Shown one piece after another: positions 31,717-41,852 of a stretch of 64,000 bases of DNA. The notes beneath the pieces are model-generated. The model worked only from the letters and a program-made list of their open reading frames with translations. It did not search any database and had not been told where the DNA came from. Positions within the stretch are counted from its first letter, which is position 1. Every line of letters begins with the position of its first letter. Made by a program: the position numbers and the translations under genes. Origin of the DNA: Nitrosopumilaceae archaeon (lineage in GTDB: Archaea > Thermoproteota > Nitrososphaeria > Nitrososphaerales > Nitrosopumilaceae); assembly GCA_965208905.1 (NCBI GenBank), contig OZ242365.1, positions 128,001 through 192,000 on the forward strand. Reading direction: 5' to 3'.

Positions 31717-31872
31717 ATGAGTAGTACACAGGTAAAAGGTGATTATTGGTGCCATGAATGTAATCGCTGTGGCAATATATGGTATAGTAAGAATCAAACT
31801 CCCAAAAACTGTGCAAACATGAAGTGTAAATCTCCATACTGGAACAAGCCTAGAATACGTATTCCGAATTAA
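31717..31872 (+). CDS. 51-aa zinc-finger microprotein (not in the ORF track)
   Basis: MSSTQVKGDYWCHECNRCGNIWYSKNQTPKNCANMKCKSPYWNKPRIRIPN. Confidence 0.7.
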   Translation: MSSTQVKGDYWCHECNRCGNIWYSKNQTPKNCANMKCKSPYWNKPRIRIPN

Positions 31873-31897
31873 GGAGAAATCGACAGCCTTGCAAAAT

Positions 31898-31939
31898 TAC
31901 AATGCAATACTGCGTACAATGCAATACTGCGTACAATGC
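31898..31939. repeat. 17-bp tandem repeat x2.5
   Basis: TACAATGCAATACTGCG x2 + TACAATGC. Confidence 0.85.
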
Positions 31940-31985
31940 TCTAGATGATTACCTACAATATGAACCAACTGGGGGCCATCTATGA

Positions 31986-33503
31986 ATGCCCGGCATTGCG
32001 AACCGGACATTATTCCACGCCGACAATCTCGACATATTACGTGGTATTGATACAGGTACAATACATCTTATCGCCACCGATCCACCCTTCAACAAAGGCC
32101 GTGACTTTCATGCCACACCGGATAGTTTGGCAAAAGGCGCATCCTTTCAGGATAGATGGTCATGGAAGGATGATGTACATCCTGAATGGGTTGATCAACT
32201 GGAGGATGACTGGCCTAAGGTATGGTCTACAATACAAGGTTCAAGGGATAGTTGGGGCGATGACATGGGCGCTTTTCTGTGCTTTATGGCAGTGCGCTTA
32301 CTGGAGATGTATCGGGTGTTGCGGCCTGATGGTTCTTTGTATTTACATTGTGACCCTACGGCTTCACATTATCTTAAGGCATTGATGGATTCCATATTCG
32401 ACAGATATAATTTCCGCAATGAGATTATCTGGAAAAAAATCAGGGTCAAAAAATCACAGTCAGATGGATTTGGTAATGTACACGACACCATCCTAGCATA
32501 TAGGAAGACGTCTGATAGTGTATTTCACAGTCAGTATATACCGTATTCGGAAAAGTACATCAAGAGCCACTGGGGACAGACCGATGAAGACGGCAGACGA
32601 TACCAGCTCATAGCCATAGACCAACAGGGGGCGGGCCCGCCCAGATGTTTCAACGGTAAGCTGATTGAACCGCCGGAAGGCAAACATTGGATCTGGACGC
32701 AGGATAAAATAGACCGGGGGCTGAAGGACGGCGTCATCGTATTCAACAGTAACGGACGACCGCGAATCAAAAAGTACCTCGATGAAATGAAGGGTGATAT
32801 AGTTACCAACATGTGGGACGATATCATACCACTAAATTCCATGAGCAATGAACGCACCGGCTACCCCACACAGAAACCTCTTGCTCTCTACGAGCGGATT
32901 ATCCGGGCATCAAGTAATGAAGGCGACATGGTTTTGGATCCTTTTGCAGGATGTGCCACCACCTGCGTGGCGGCAGAGCGTCTAGGCCGGCAGTGGATAG
33001 GTATTGACATTTGGGACGGCGCTCATGATGTTACTATACAACGTCTCAAAAAAGAGGGGTTCTTGGCTACACCTGATGACAACCGCCCCGACTTGTTGAT
33101 AACAGAGGGACACATCACATATACGACAAAACCCCCTAGACGCACTGACAGTGGCGAGTATGCCGTCCCATTCCTCAAAACCATCAAACAAGTACATGAA
33201 CCACCCGGCCCTAAGATGAACCGTACACAGATGCGCAACTTCCTACTAGACCAGAACGGACCTATGTGCCAAGGATGTGACCGTGTCTTTGATGATCCAC
33301 GATATTTGGAACTAGACCATAACACGCCCCGCGCCGATGGCGGACTCAATCATATTAGCAACCGCATACTATTATGTGGTCCTTGTAACAAGCTCAAGAG
33401 CCATACTTTAACACTTTCAGGCTTACGGCGAGAAAATAAGAAACGTGGTTACATGCAAGACCCGACCAATCGACCTACACCCAAACAGGCAAAACTGTTT
33501 TGA
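31986..33503 (+). CDS. N6/N4 DNA methyltransferase fused to a C-terminal HNH endonuclease
   Basis: DPPFN, YPTQKP, LDPFAG; CQGC..LDHNTP..GG.NH..N..LLCGPCNKLK. Confidence 0.9.
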   Translation: MPGIANRTLFHADNLDILRGIDTGTIHLIATDPPFNKGRDFHATPDSLAKGASFQDRWSWKDDVHPEWVDQLEDDWPKVWSTIQGSRDSWGDDMGAFLCFMAVRLLEMYRVLRPDGSLYLHCDPTASHYLKALMDSIFDRYNFRNEIIWKKIRVKKSQSDGFGNVHDTILAYRKTSDSVFHSQYIPYSEKYIKSHWGQTDEDGRRYQLIAIDQQGAGPPRCFNGKLIEPPEGKHWIWTQDKIDRGLKDGVIVFNSNGRPRIKKYLDEMKGDIVTNMWDDIIPLNSMSNERTGYPTQKPLALYERIIRASSNEGDMVLDPFAGCATTCVAAERLGRQWIGIDIWDGAHDVTIQRLKKEGFLATPDDNRPDLLITEGHITYTTKPPRRTDSGEYAVPFLKTIKQVHEPPGPKMNRTQMRNFLLDQNGPMCQGCDRVFDDPRYLELDHNTPRADGGLNHISNRILLCGPCNKLKSHTLTLSGLRRENKKRGYMQDPTNRPTPKQAKLF

Positions 33504-33678
33504 ATTGCCACCCATCACACAGATTTGACAGTGTTATCCATCACACAAGTTTTTGACAGTTCCGTCAATACACAAAAAATTTGGGCATGCAACACGTGTT
33601 TGAGCATGTCAGGAAGGTAGCAGAAGTGGCGTACATTATAGCAAATAACACGGGAAAGGATACCACGGTGTTAATGCA

Positions 33679-35040
33679 TTGATGTATGGTACAATGCGCG
33701 GTCCTGACCCCAAAGTACGTTCATCCATAACGCAGACCGCCATACGGGACGGAGTTGCCGCCCATAAAACGTACAATACAAAGACTGCGCAGGGCATGAA
33801 GGTGTCTGAGCCCGTGTTTCGCAATCCGGTTGTAAAGTTGAAAAACCAAGATTGGGGGCTGAATCCGATAGCGGGTGGATATATGGCTATTGCAAATGTT
33901 GGCTCATCAAAACATCGACGTATAATAGCAATTCCCGTCTCTTCAGATGTGGTACGCAGAATAGGACAAAATGAACTAGGTGAGTTGTGGATCACACCAA
34001 CCACATATACCATTACATATTACAACAAAGTGCCCAAGGTTGAAAAACCCCACCCACACGGCAAGTCGGAGATTATTGAACTACTTACGGATGTGGGATA
34101 TGTGGGTGGCACACCAAAGGATGTAATTGGCGTGGATATTAATGAAAAGAACATCACCGTAGGCGACAAGAATACAATGGTACGGTTTGATCTATCCGAT
34201 ACCATACAGGCCATTGAGGAGGCAGAGACCGAAGATGCAAACAATACGTATACACGTACACATGATAATGCCGCATATGCGGCACGTACCGGAAGGTGCA
34301 TTACACACAAGAAAGAGGAGGAGCGCAGAGAAAGGCAACAAGTCACACATGGCGGTCCCAAACTACACAGCAAACTCAAACGCAGATACAGGAAACTCAA
34401 GAGGGCCGGCAAACACAAGAGGGCCGCCGAGATAAAGAAGCAGATGAGCAGATGTATACTGAGCATACCACATAACCACACAAAGTCAAAAAAGAATGCT
34501 AAAAAGCGCAGGATGACCAAAGCCGTGCGCCGCCACGAACATGTGCTGAACGTAATAGCGTTATGTATAGCACAATGGGCCGCACAATCCGGATGCTTGG
34601 TTATGTTGGAGGATTTGACCCATATATCATACAATTGGCAGAAGGGGGGAAAGTTTGGACGTAGTATACGTCGCAGATTATATTCTGCCATGATGCGAAA
34701 GGCATCGAATTTAATTTATGAAAAGTCCCAATTTTTGGGAGTGGGGGCACTACATATGCGTCCACACAACACATCCAAGCTATGTGCTGGATGTCGAACC
34801 CCACTAACTGGAACTTATCATAAAAAAGACTGCACCCACTGCCATACAGTTGGCGTAGATCGTGACGTCAACGCAGTGGAGAACATACGGCGAACAAGCG
34901 CCGTATCCCGATATGGTCGTAAGGTTTCGGCCAGTCTGGGCGAAGTCCGTCGTGGTGTGGATGTAATACTCGATCCCACACCACTCATACAGGGTTGCTG
35001 GAGCAACTGGGCTGACAGACTATCCCGTATGGTGATGTGA
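33679..35040 (+). CDS. tnpB: Divergent TnpB-like RuvC nuclease (5' end probably disrupted)
   Basis: GVDIN, MLEDL, TSKLCAGC..CTHC, DRDVNAVENI. Confidence 0.8.
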   Translation: MMYGTMRGPDPKVRSSITQTAIRDGVAAHKTYNTKTAQGMKVSEPVFRNPVVKLKNQDWGLNPIAGGYMAIANVGSSKHRRIIAIPVSSDVVRRIGQNELGELWITPTTYTITYYNKVPKVEKPHPHGKSEIIELLTDVGYVGGTPKDVIGVDINEKNITVGDKNTMVRFDLSDTIQAIEEAETEDANNTYTRTHDNAAYAARTGRCITHKKEEERRERQQVTHGGPKLHSKLKRRYRKLKRAGKHKRAAEIKKQMSRCILSIPHNHTKSKKNAKKRRMTKAVRRHEHVLNVIALCIAQWAAQSGCLVMLEDLTHISYNWQKGGKFGRSIRRRLYSAMMRKASNLIYEKSQFLGVGALHMRPHNTSKLCAGCRTPLTGTYHKKDCTHCHTVGVDRDVNAVENIRRTSAVSRYGRKVSASLGEVRRGVDVILDPTPLIQGCWSNWADRLSRMVM

Positions 35041-35170
35041 CATCACCCGACTTTGCGGGAGGAACCCGGCATAAGAAAACATAAATAGAATTTGCCAAAA
35101 TCATATATGACATCGATTCAAACCGATCGGGGAACAAAGCTGGCAGTCAGTGCGTTGACTGTCAGCCCCA

Positions 35171-36925
35171 TTATGTTATTGTATTTAGGCGGCTATACAA
35201 GGAGTCTACATAGTCAAAGCCTTCTCGCCAAAAGTTTGCCGAGCCGATGTCAAATCCATACTTTTGTAGTAGTGTCTCGGGCTTTTGGGAGCCGCCAGCA
35301 GATAAGATTCCCAAGTATGAGGGTACAAAGTCACCACCTTCTTGTTTGTATCTCTGAAACAGTGAAGCGGCTAACAGATTGCCAAATGCATACGAGTAGC
35401 AGTAAAATGGCGAGTGGTAAAAGTGTGGAATTGCCAGCCACTCGGAGGCAAATACATCATTGACCTGTACAGAGTCGGCAAACTGTCTGTGTAGTGTGTC
35501 TATGTATACATCAGAGATTTGAGCTGCTGTAGCGCCTTCTGATAGTCTTTCGTGTGCCTGAATCTCAAACTGTGTAAAGAATGCCTGGCGCAGTATTGTA
35601 GCGTAGAGGTCATCTATCTTGCCGGCCAGCACAGATACCTGCTCGGAGGAATCCATCATGTCTAACATTACATCGAACAGAAGCATCTCAGAGAATGTGG
35701 AGGCTGTCTCAGCCAGAGGCAGAGGTGCATGCTGCACCAGTATAGATTTGGAGGATGCGGCGATGCTGTGTATGGCATGGCCTAGTTCATGAGCGAGTGT
35801 AAAGACATCCCTGGACTCACCGGTATAATTTAGTAGTACAAAGGGCGTAATCTTTGGGGATATGGTACTGCAGAACGCCCCACTCATCTTGCCCGGGTGC
35901 AGCTTAGAGTGGACATGTCCTTGGTCAAATACGCTCTTGGCATAATCGCCCACGGTATCACTAAACCTGTAGAATGTGTCAAGGACCATGTTTACTGCCT
36001 CATTGTAGGTGTATGACTTTTCTGAATCTGTCATGGGCGCATATACATCATATCTAGATAGTCTCTTCATGTGTAGTATGGAGGCTTTTTTGGTAAAGTA
36101 TCGCTGAAATGTATCAGCACGCTCAGAGCAGACATTCAGCAAGGCATTTACGGTAGAGTCGTCTATGTTGCTGCCAGCATTCATCACCGATATTGGAGAG
36201 TCATATCCGCGCAGAGATACAAACTCGTTGCGATAGTTCAATACTACATTGTGGTATATCTCGCCTAGTACGTTACGACTTTGACTGTATTTATGCAAGA
36301 GTGCATCGTATGCTGTTTTACGTGCGGCATGGTCTGCATCTCGAACGTATACCATCAACTCTTCACGGCTCAAACTCTTCTGTTTGTCGCGTATGGTGAC
36401 ATCATAGATGTATGCGTTTGTTATTGTGTCGTATAGTTTCACCAAGGCCGAGGCGCCAGTCACATCTAGAAGGTTGATTATCTGCTCTTCGCCTTCTTTG
36501 AGTGAGTGTTTGGCCAGATGTCTCTTGTGTAGTAGCATGTTAGAGAGATCAGCTGATGACTTGGCTAGACGGTCAGCGTTATCAGTATCAATGTCACGCT
36601 TCCACCACAGATCAAAGAAGAGTATATCATTGTGTATCTCGGATGCTATCTGGCTTATTCGTGTCTTTAGGGCAGATGCCTCCTCAGATTGTGTGTCTTG
36701 AGCATATATCAAAGAGGTGTGGCCGCCTATACGGGCCAACTGCTCGCTTATCTCTTCTAACTTACACAGTATATTGCAAAACTCGGATGCAGGTATCTTT
36801 GGGTTCAGAGATGGTCGCATATCTGCAAATGTATCTGCACTGTGACGCGCATCGGATATCAACTGCTCAAGTGTCTGGTCTGCTAGTATGCCATCAAGAC
36901 TCCAAGAACCCATCGTATATGCCAT
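35171..36925 (-). CDS. pepF: M3 oligoendopeptidase F
   Basis: GKMSGAFC, TLAHELGH, AETASTFSE, PHFY. Confidence 0.92.
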   Translation of the reverse strand: MAYTMGSWSLDGILADQTLEQLISDARHSADTFADMRPSLNPKIPASEFCNILCKLEEISEQLARIGGHTSLIYAQDTQSEEASALKTRISQIASEIHNDILFFDLWWKRDIDTDNADRLAKSSADLSNMLLHKRHLAKHSLKEGEEQIINLLDVTGASALVKLYDTITNAYIYDVTIRDKQKSLSREELMVYVRDADHAARKTAYDALLHKYSQSRNVLGEIYHNVVLNYRNEFVSLRGYDSPISVMNAGSNIDDSTVNALLNVCSERADTFQRYFTKKASILHMKRLSRYDVYAPMTDSEKSYTYNEAVNMVLDTFYRFSDTVGDYAKSVFDQGHVHSKLHPGKMSGAFCSTISPKITPFVLLNYTGESRDVFTLAHELGHAIHSIAASSKSILVQHAPLPLAETASTFSEMLLFDVMLDMMDSSEQVSVLAGKIDDLYATILRQAFFTQFEIQAHERLSEGATAAQISDVYIDTLHRQFADSVQVNDVFASEWLAIPHFYHSPFYCYSYAFGNLLAASLFQRYKQEGGDFVPSYLGILSAGGSQKPETLLQKYGFDIGSANFWREGFDYVDSLYSRLNTIT

Positions 36926-37179
36926 ATTGGTAGTTACACAGACACGTCTCTAAATGTGTTGGTATATTTATGGTGTACGCTACAAAGTTGGGCCATGGTT
37001 GGAAGAGTTGATGCAATGATCTTTAATAACACTATCATGGATAATAGGCATCATGTAGGACATGACATCCAACTTTATACAATACCAGATATCATCTGAG
37101 AGCTCAGACTATCAGTGTATAATTGTGCAGGTAATATGCCAAAGATGTGATTCTACATTGGGCAGAAAGTGTCGTATAG

Positions 37180-37713
37180 TTATTTGAGCGTGTGGCGGTA
37201 TCTCTTGTGCGAGTCCACAACGACTCTTTTGGCATCCTTGGATGACTTCCAGCCCAATATCTCCACTTTCTTTCCCTCCAAATCCTTGTACACCTGAAAG
37301 AAGTGAGCTATCTCAGAACGATAGTGGTCCTCGATATCGGTTATATCAGTGGTGTGTAGGTAGCGCGGGTCATTCATGGCGACGCATACCACTTTATCGT
37401 CAAGCTCGCCATCATCGGTCATCTGTAACAGTCCAATGGGGCGTGCCTCTATCAATATTCCAGGAAATGTGGGGTTTGTGACCAGAACCAGCGCATCTAG
37501 GGGGTCTGCATCTTCGGACAGCGTCTGGGGGACTATACCATAATCACCCGGATAGTGAAATGGGGAGAAGAGCACCCGGTCTAGTTTCATCATGTTGTTT
37601 GTCTTGTCGTACTCGTACTTGTTCATGGATCCCTTTGGTATCTCCACAATCACATTTATGATCTCGGGCATATCCATGCCTGTAATGATATCGTGCCAGT
37701 AGTTTTTACTCAA
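37180..37713 (-). CDS. ppa: Inorganic pyrophosphatase
   Basis: EIPKGS.NKYE, YPGDYG..PQTLSEDADPLD, DDK, FF..YK. Confidence 0.95.
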   Translation of the reverse strand: MSKNYWHDIITGMDMPEIINVIVEIPKGSMNKYEYDKTNNMMKLDRVLFSPFHYPGDYGIVPQTLSEDADPLDALVLVTNPTFPGILIEARPIGLLQMTDDGELDDKVVCVAMNDPRYLHTTDITDIEDHYRSEIAHFFQVYKDLEGKKVEILGWKSSKDAKRVVVDSHKRYRHTLK

Positions 37714-37766
37714 CGTATACGAAACGATGCAACCATTATAACAAGTATTGCAAACATCATATCTGG

Positions 37767-38075
37767 ATGGTCCACCCCAAAGACGTTCCGGTATCAAAGA
37801 CGTTCACACTAAAGGATGTAACAGACGCCAACGAGGCAGTTGAGGATATGGTCAGTGTGGGGTTTGCAGGTAGAAAGGAGGGGTTCAAGGTGCTGATGCC
37901 TCGGGAGAAACGTATTGCAAAACGTATAGGATATACGGTTACGACGGGTGTATCGTATGGTCTGCGCAAGAGGGGGCATCCCAGAGATGTCAAATATTGG
38001 ACGTACATACATGATAAAGACCACTATGCCATAGTACTGGTGGACTCGGCCGTAGCAGACAAGCTAGGTCTTTGA
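37767..38075 (+). CDS. Hypothetical protein
   Basis: 102-aa ORF divergent from ppa. Confidence 0.7.
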   Translation: MVHPKDVPVSKTFTLKDVTDANEAVEDMVSVGFAGRKEGFKVLMPREKRIAKRIGYTVTTGVSYGLRKRGHPRDVKYWTYIHDKDHYAIVLVDSAVADKLGL

Positions 38076-38726
38076 GTATATGCGGTGTAGTTTTGTTTGA
38101 TGGGCCAGTATTCCCGTCAAAAGGACTCCCAAGATTATACCGGCTATAACATCTGTCGGATAGTGCTGCAGTACCAGTACACGACTTATCGATACTGATG
38201 CAGGGTATATGAAGAGTAACAAGGCGCCGCGCGGAAATCTCATAGATAACGCATACGCCAGTAGTATGGCGATTATGGTTGAGCGTATGGCATGTCCGGA
38301 TGGGTACGATGCAGTTGCCCCGCCTTCACAGAATAGGGCGAATGTGTCTCGGCTCACTTCCACAGGTAGGTGTATCGCATCATACTGCTCCTGCGGTCTG
38401 TCACGGTCCACGCCGCACTTTATGTAGCCTGCCAGTATTGTGGATATTACAAGGAGAATCATCAATGTTATACCAATACGTCGGGTACGACGCACAATCA
38501 ATAGTATTATGGCCAGTACCAGCATGTATATGACATCGCCGGTCTCTGTTGTGATTTGTATCAAAAAGTCAATTGTTTCATCGCCACCAGTATTCTGGGC
38601 TAATACGATTGCGGACTGATCAAGATCATCTGTAGCGCCAGACATAATTAGTAGCGTAATAGAGACAAACAGCGCGGCCAAGAGCACCGATGGGCGTGAC
38701 CGCATTGGAAATATCCAGCCCTGCAC
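38064..38726 (-). CDS. PAP2-family membrane phosphatase
   Basis: K..VDRDRP, SYPSGH, SRVLVLQHYPTDV. Confidence 0.9.
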   Translation of the reverse strand: MQGWIFPMRSRPSVLLAALFVSITLLIMSGATDDLDQSAIVLAQNTGGDETIDFLIQITTETGDVIYMLVLAIILLIVRRTRRIGITLMILLVISTILAGYIKCGVDRDRPQEQYDAIHLPVEVSRDTFALFCEGGATASYPSGHAIRSTIIAILLAYALSMRFPRGALLLFIYPASVSISRVLVLQHYPTDVIAGIILGVLLTGILAHQTKLHRIYSKT

Positions 38727-38869
38727 AATGGCGCTACAACAACAGTATGTCTTTAATGTTTGTAAAGTACTTGAGATATAACTCTGGCGTGTATGTAGGC
38801 GCAGAATTATTCTGGAATTAAATTTTAGAGTCACTTCATGCGGCATGGACGACTTGGTGTGTAAGCCAA

Positions 38870-39088
38870 GTGGTTACACCCAAAAAATTAATGATTTTTA
38901 TAGGAATTTATGCAACGGCATTTGAATTGGGACGTCACGAAAAGTGTGCATTGTGCAACGGTACAATAACAAAGATGTATGCTGCAATGAAGGAGTGGTC
39001 CATATCCGGACATCTGTGTGGTGCGTGCTATTCGGCAAAGATCAGTGAGCACTATCCAGGAGAGCATGTACGTATGAAGACAGATTAA
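38870..39088 (+). CDS. Small Zn-finger protein
   Basis: CALC...LCGACY; true start probably further downstream. Confidence 0.6.
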   Translation: MVTPKKLMIFIGIYATAFELGRHEKCALCNGTITKMYAAMKEWSISGHLCGACYSAKISEHYPGEHVRMKTD

Positions 39089-39130
39089 ATTCCAAGAGTT
39101 GTTATATGACACGTTATTTTACATTGTTTG

Positions 39131-39418
39131 ATGGATAAGATAGAGTATGAGGGTACTGTCTGGGCCATTGATCACAAGTATCCAAAGCCGCTCATAGACC
39201 ACAGTCTGCACAAGTTGGAACAATACGGCATAGACCGTCAGGATATCGTCCTAACGGATGCGCCCAACGATGTAAAAGTTGGTGCCATTGTGGTAGACAT
39301 ATGGCCGTATCATCTAGATGTGAGTCGTGTCAGGACCATTCGTAATGAATCCTTCATCAGTGGCACTGTAATGACCATAGAGTTGAAATTGGATGATGAG
39401 GGCAACTATACAGATTGA
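39131..39418 (+). CDS. Hypothetical protein
   Basis: Operon-like ORF overlapping the next gene. Confidence 0.7.
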   Translation: MDKIEYEGTVWAIDHKYPKPLIDHSLHKLEQYGIDRQDIVLTDAPNDVKVGAIVVDIWPYHLDVSRVRTIRNESFISGTVMTIELKLDDEGNYTD

Positions 39419-39888
39419 AGGTTGGAATCATTATACTACTAGTAGTAGCGGCAATATCTGCAATAATAGGACTAAACCAGTATTGGGCTGAAGAGACCCG
39501 CCAGCAGGGATTCATCTTTGGAAATGAGCTGCAACAGATACAACAAGATGTCAGGGATTTACAGACCAAATTTTATGCAGATATAGACATATGGGAGGAG
39601 GGTCAGATAAGCCGTACAGAGTTACAAGAGAGATTACAGTTTCATGTGGATGAATTTCATGATGTATTGACTCGATACGATACTCTAGAACCACCAGATG
39701 GTTTTGCCGGGGCAGTGGAGTTGTTCCGACTATCATCACAAGCACAGTTAGAGAGTGATGAACAGTACATACTGTGGATTACAACGTCTGATGAGTCTGC
39801 AAAGACACGCTCGGACCTACAGTTAAAGGAGTCGTTTGATTTAGAGATGTCAGCCTTAGCCGAGTATAACCAAGCAAAGGGTCCCTGA
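39415..39888 (+). CDS. Membrane-anchored hypothetical protein
   Basis: N-terminal hydrophobic helix, then helical acidic domain. Confidence 0.7.
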   Translation: MKVGIIILLVVAAISAIIGLNQYWAEETRQQGFIFGNELQQIQQDVRDLQTKFYADIDIWEEGQISRTELQERLQFHVDEFHDVLTRYDTLEPPDGFAGAVELFRLSSQAQLESDEQYILWITTSDESAKTRSDLQLKESFDLEMSALAEYNQAKGP

Positions 39889-39898
39889 AGGTATAATA

Positions 39899-40867
39899 GT
39901 GATACAGAATATCGCCGATATAATGAATACTGTAAGAATTCCCAAAGTTATTAATTTTGGCGAGGATGCATTAGGCAACACAACATACCCTGACAATGCA
40001 CTGATTGTAACAACGGCTCCACCTCCGCTATCGGACAAGTGGATCAAAAAAATGGGCATTAAAGACTATATGTTATTCGATAAGGTGACACCAGAACCAT
40101 CCATAAATGATGTAAATCAGGTCATTAGTGAATACAAAGACAAGAATCCATCAGTACTGATAGGTCTTGGTGGAGGTAGTTCTATGGACGTTGTAAAGTA
40201 TGCCGCCCCAGAGATGAAAAAGTCAAAGATTCTGATTCCCACAACATTTGGTACAGGGGCCGAGATGACAACATACTGTGTGTTAAAGTTTGATGGAAAG
40301 AAAAAGTTGTTACGAGAAGATAGGTTTTTGGCAGATATGGCAGTAGTAGACTCTTACTTTATGGATGGAACCCCAAAACAGATAGTGAACAATTCAGTAT
40401 GTGATGCCCTGGCACAAGCATCAGAAGGCCATGACAGTGAACTAGGAAATGAACTGACTCGAATGTTCTGCAAGGAGGCATTCGATAGGCTTTATGATGC
40501 CATAATGAATGACAGGCCTCAAGACTACCCGTATGGTTCGATGCTGTCAGGTATAGGATTTGGTAACTGTTCGACCACCTTAGGACATGCGCTCTCGTAT
40601 GTATTCTCCAATGAAGGTGTACCTCATGGATACTCACTATCTTCGTGTACCACAATAGCGCACAAATTCAACAACTCTCCGTTCTATGAAAAATTCAAGG
40701 AATGCATGGAGAAGTTGGGCTTTGAAAGGATGGACCTAAAAGCAGATGTCGCCGAAGCTGCCGCAGTTGTAATGACCGACAAGGGGCATTTGGATCCCAA
40801 TCCAAAACCCGTTACAGAGCAGGATGTCATACAATGCCTAAATGACATAAAAGCGTACAACCTCTAA
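39899..40867 (+). CDS. Iron-containing alcohol dehydrogenase (possibly a 3HP/4HB-cycle semialdehyde reductase)
   Basis: GLGGGSSMD, IPTTFGTGAE, DALAQ, GHALS, HG. Confidence 0.88.
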   Translation: MIQNIADIMNTVRIPKVINFGEDALGNTTYPDNALIVTTAPPPLSDKWIKKMGIKDYMLFDKVTPEPSINDVNQVISEYKDKNPSVLIGLGGGSSMDVVKYAAPEMKKSKILIPTTFGTGAEMTTYCVLKFDGKKKLLREDRFLADMAVVDSYFMDGTPKQIVNNSVCDALAQASEGHDSELGNELTRMFCKEAFDRLYDAIMNDRPQDYPYGSMLSGIGFGNCSTTLGHALSYVFSNEGVPHGYSLSSCTTIAHKFNNSPFYEKFKECMEKLGFERMDLKADVAEAAAVVMTDKGHLDPNPKPVTEQDVIQCLNDIKAYNL

Positions 40868-40912
40868 AGATATTTTTTATTACACATCAAGCGCGGCTGT
40901 AGTGTTGCGTTT

Positions 40913-41086
40913 TTACTGACCCCAATCTTCACCTATTGACTCGGCGACTTGTAGTGATATGGCTCCGTCGGAGTTTTGTAGTTCGTAACTCTGCCCACAA
41001 TCCGGGCACGCAACAATCTCACCCTGTACCGAGTCGGCAGGTATAGGCAGTTCCGCATCGCATTCTGGACATAGTAAAGATCCCAT
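40913..41086 (-). CDS. lysW: LysW/ArgW amino-group carrier protein, 57 aa (not in the ORF track)
   Basis: MGSLLCPECDAEL...GEIVACPDCG...GEDWGQ. Confidence 0.9.
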   Translation of the reverse strand: MGSLLCPECDAELPIPADSVQGEIVACPDCGQSYELQNSDGAISLQVAESIGEDWGQ

Positions 41087-41852
41087 AAATGTGAGATTTT
41101 ACATTCCTTTATAATTGTTCTATTTTCTGATATTTGATGCCACACCTACAAGTTTGGGGGGGTGGTTTGGGTAAAACGTTACAAATCATCATACATAATG
41201 GCAGTTGAGAAGTTGATGAGGGATGAAAAACTCAGAAAAACGGGACATAATTAGGAAGTTAGAGTGTGGCCGTTGAACGTGAAGTATAGAACTGTTCATT
41301 CTTTCCTACTCCTCGGTATATTGATGTGCACCACGCCGTGTATTGAGCGGGCCGACCGTCATTTGCTACAGGCCGGTCAGGGCATTTGGGTGGCATAGGG
41401 GAGGGAGTAATTTTTTAGAGCAGGCGTGAAGTCTCAAACGTGCGTTAATATGACGCTTCTCTTTTTTGCATATTTTACGTATTATTATATTGGTATGAAA
41501 TCATCATCTTCGAGTAGTTATTTGTTAATTATCAAAAAATTAATGTTTAACATTGGTATCACACATAGTGGTTTTTTATTTGAATTTAAATTATAAATTT
41601 GTAGGAACGCCAATCATTGTCGCCATACAATCTTTTATTCTCTGTCAGTATACCCTACGGTCGTTGATTCTAGTTTTCATGCCATAAATTTTGTTCAGAT
41701 GTAATGAAAATTACATTTAACATTATAATTAGAAGATTTAATTAATTATTAAAAGCACTAAATTACATAGATCATAAATTATCCAGATTAAAAGCTACAC
41801 ATAAACTCTATTAGGTCAAACCAAACCCCAGCATAATACAAGTAATAATTAT

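Larger units (their letters stand above)
29876..33563 (-). mobile_element. 3688-bp IS6-type cargo transposon with TIRs and 8-bp TSD
   Basis: 26-bp perfect (~52-bp imperfect) TIR GGAACTGTCAAAAACTTGTGTGATGG; TSD GTCAATAC at 29868-29875 and 33564-33571. Confidence 0.93.

Noticed and set aside
41460-41850. AT-rich tract as a replication origin
   Set aside because: No ORB repeats or cdc6/orc1 gene in the window
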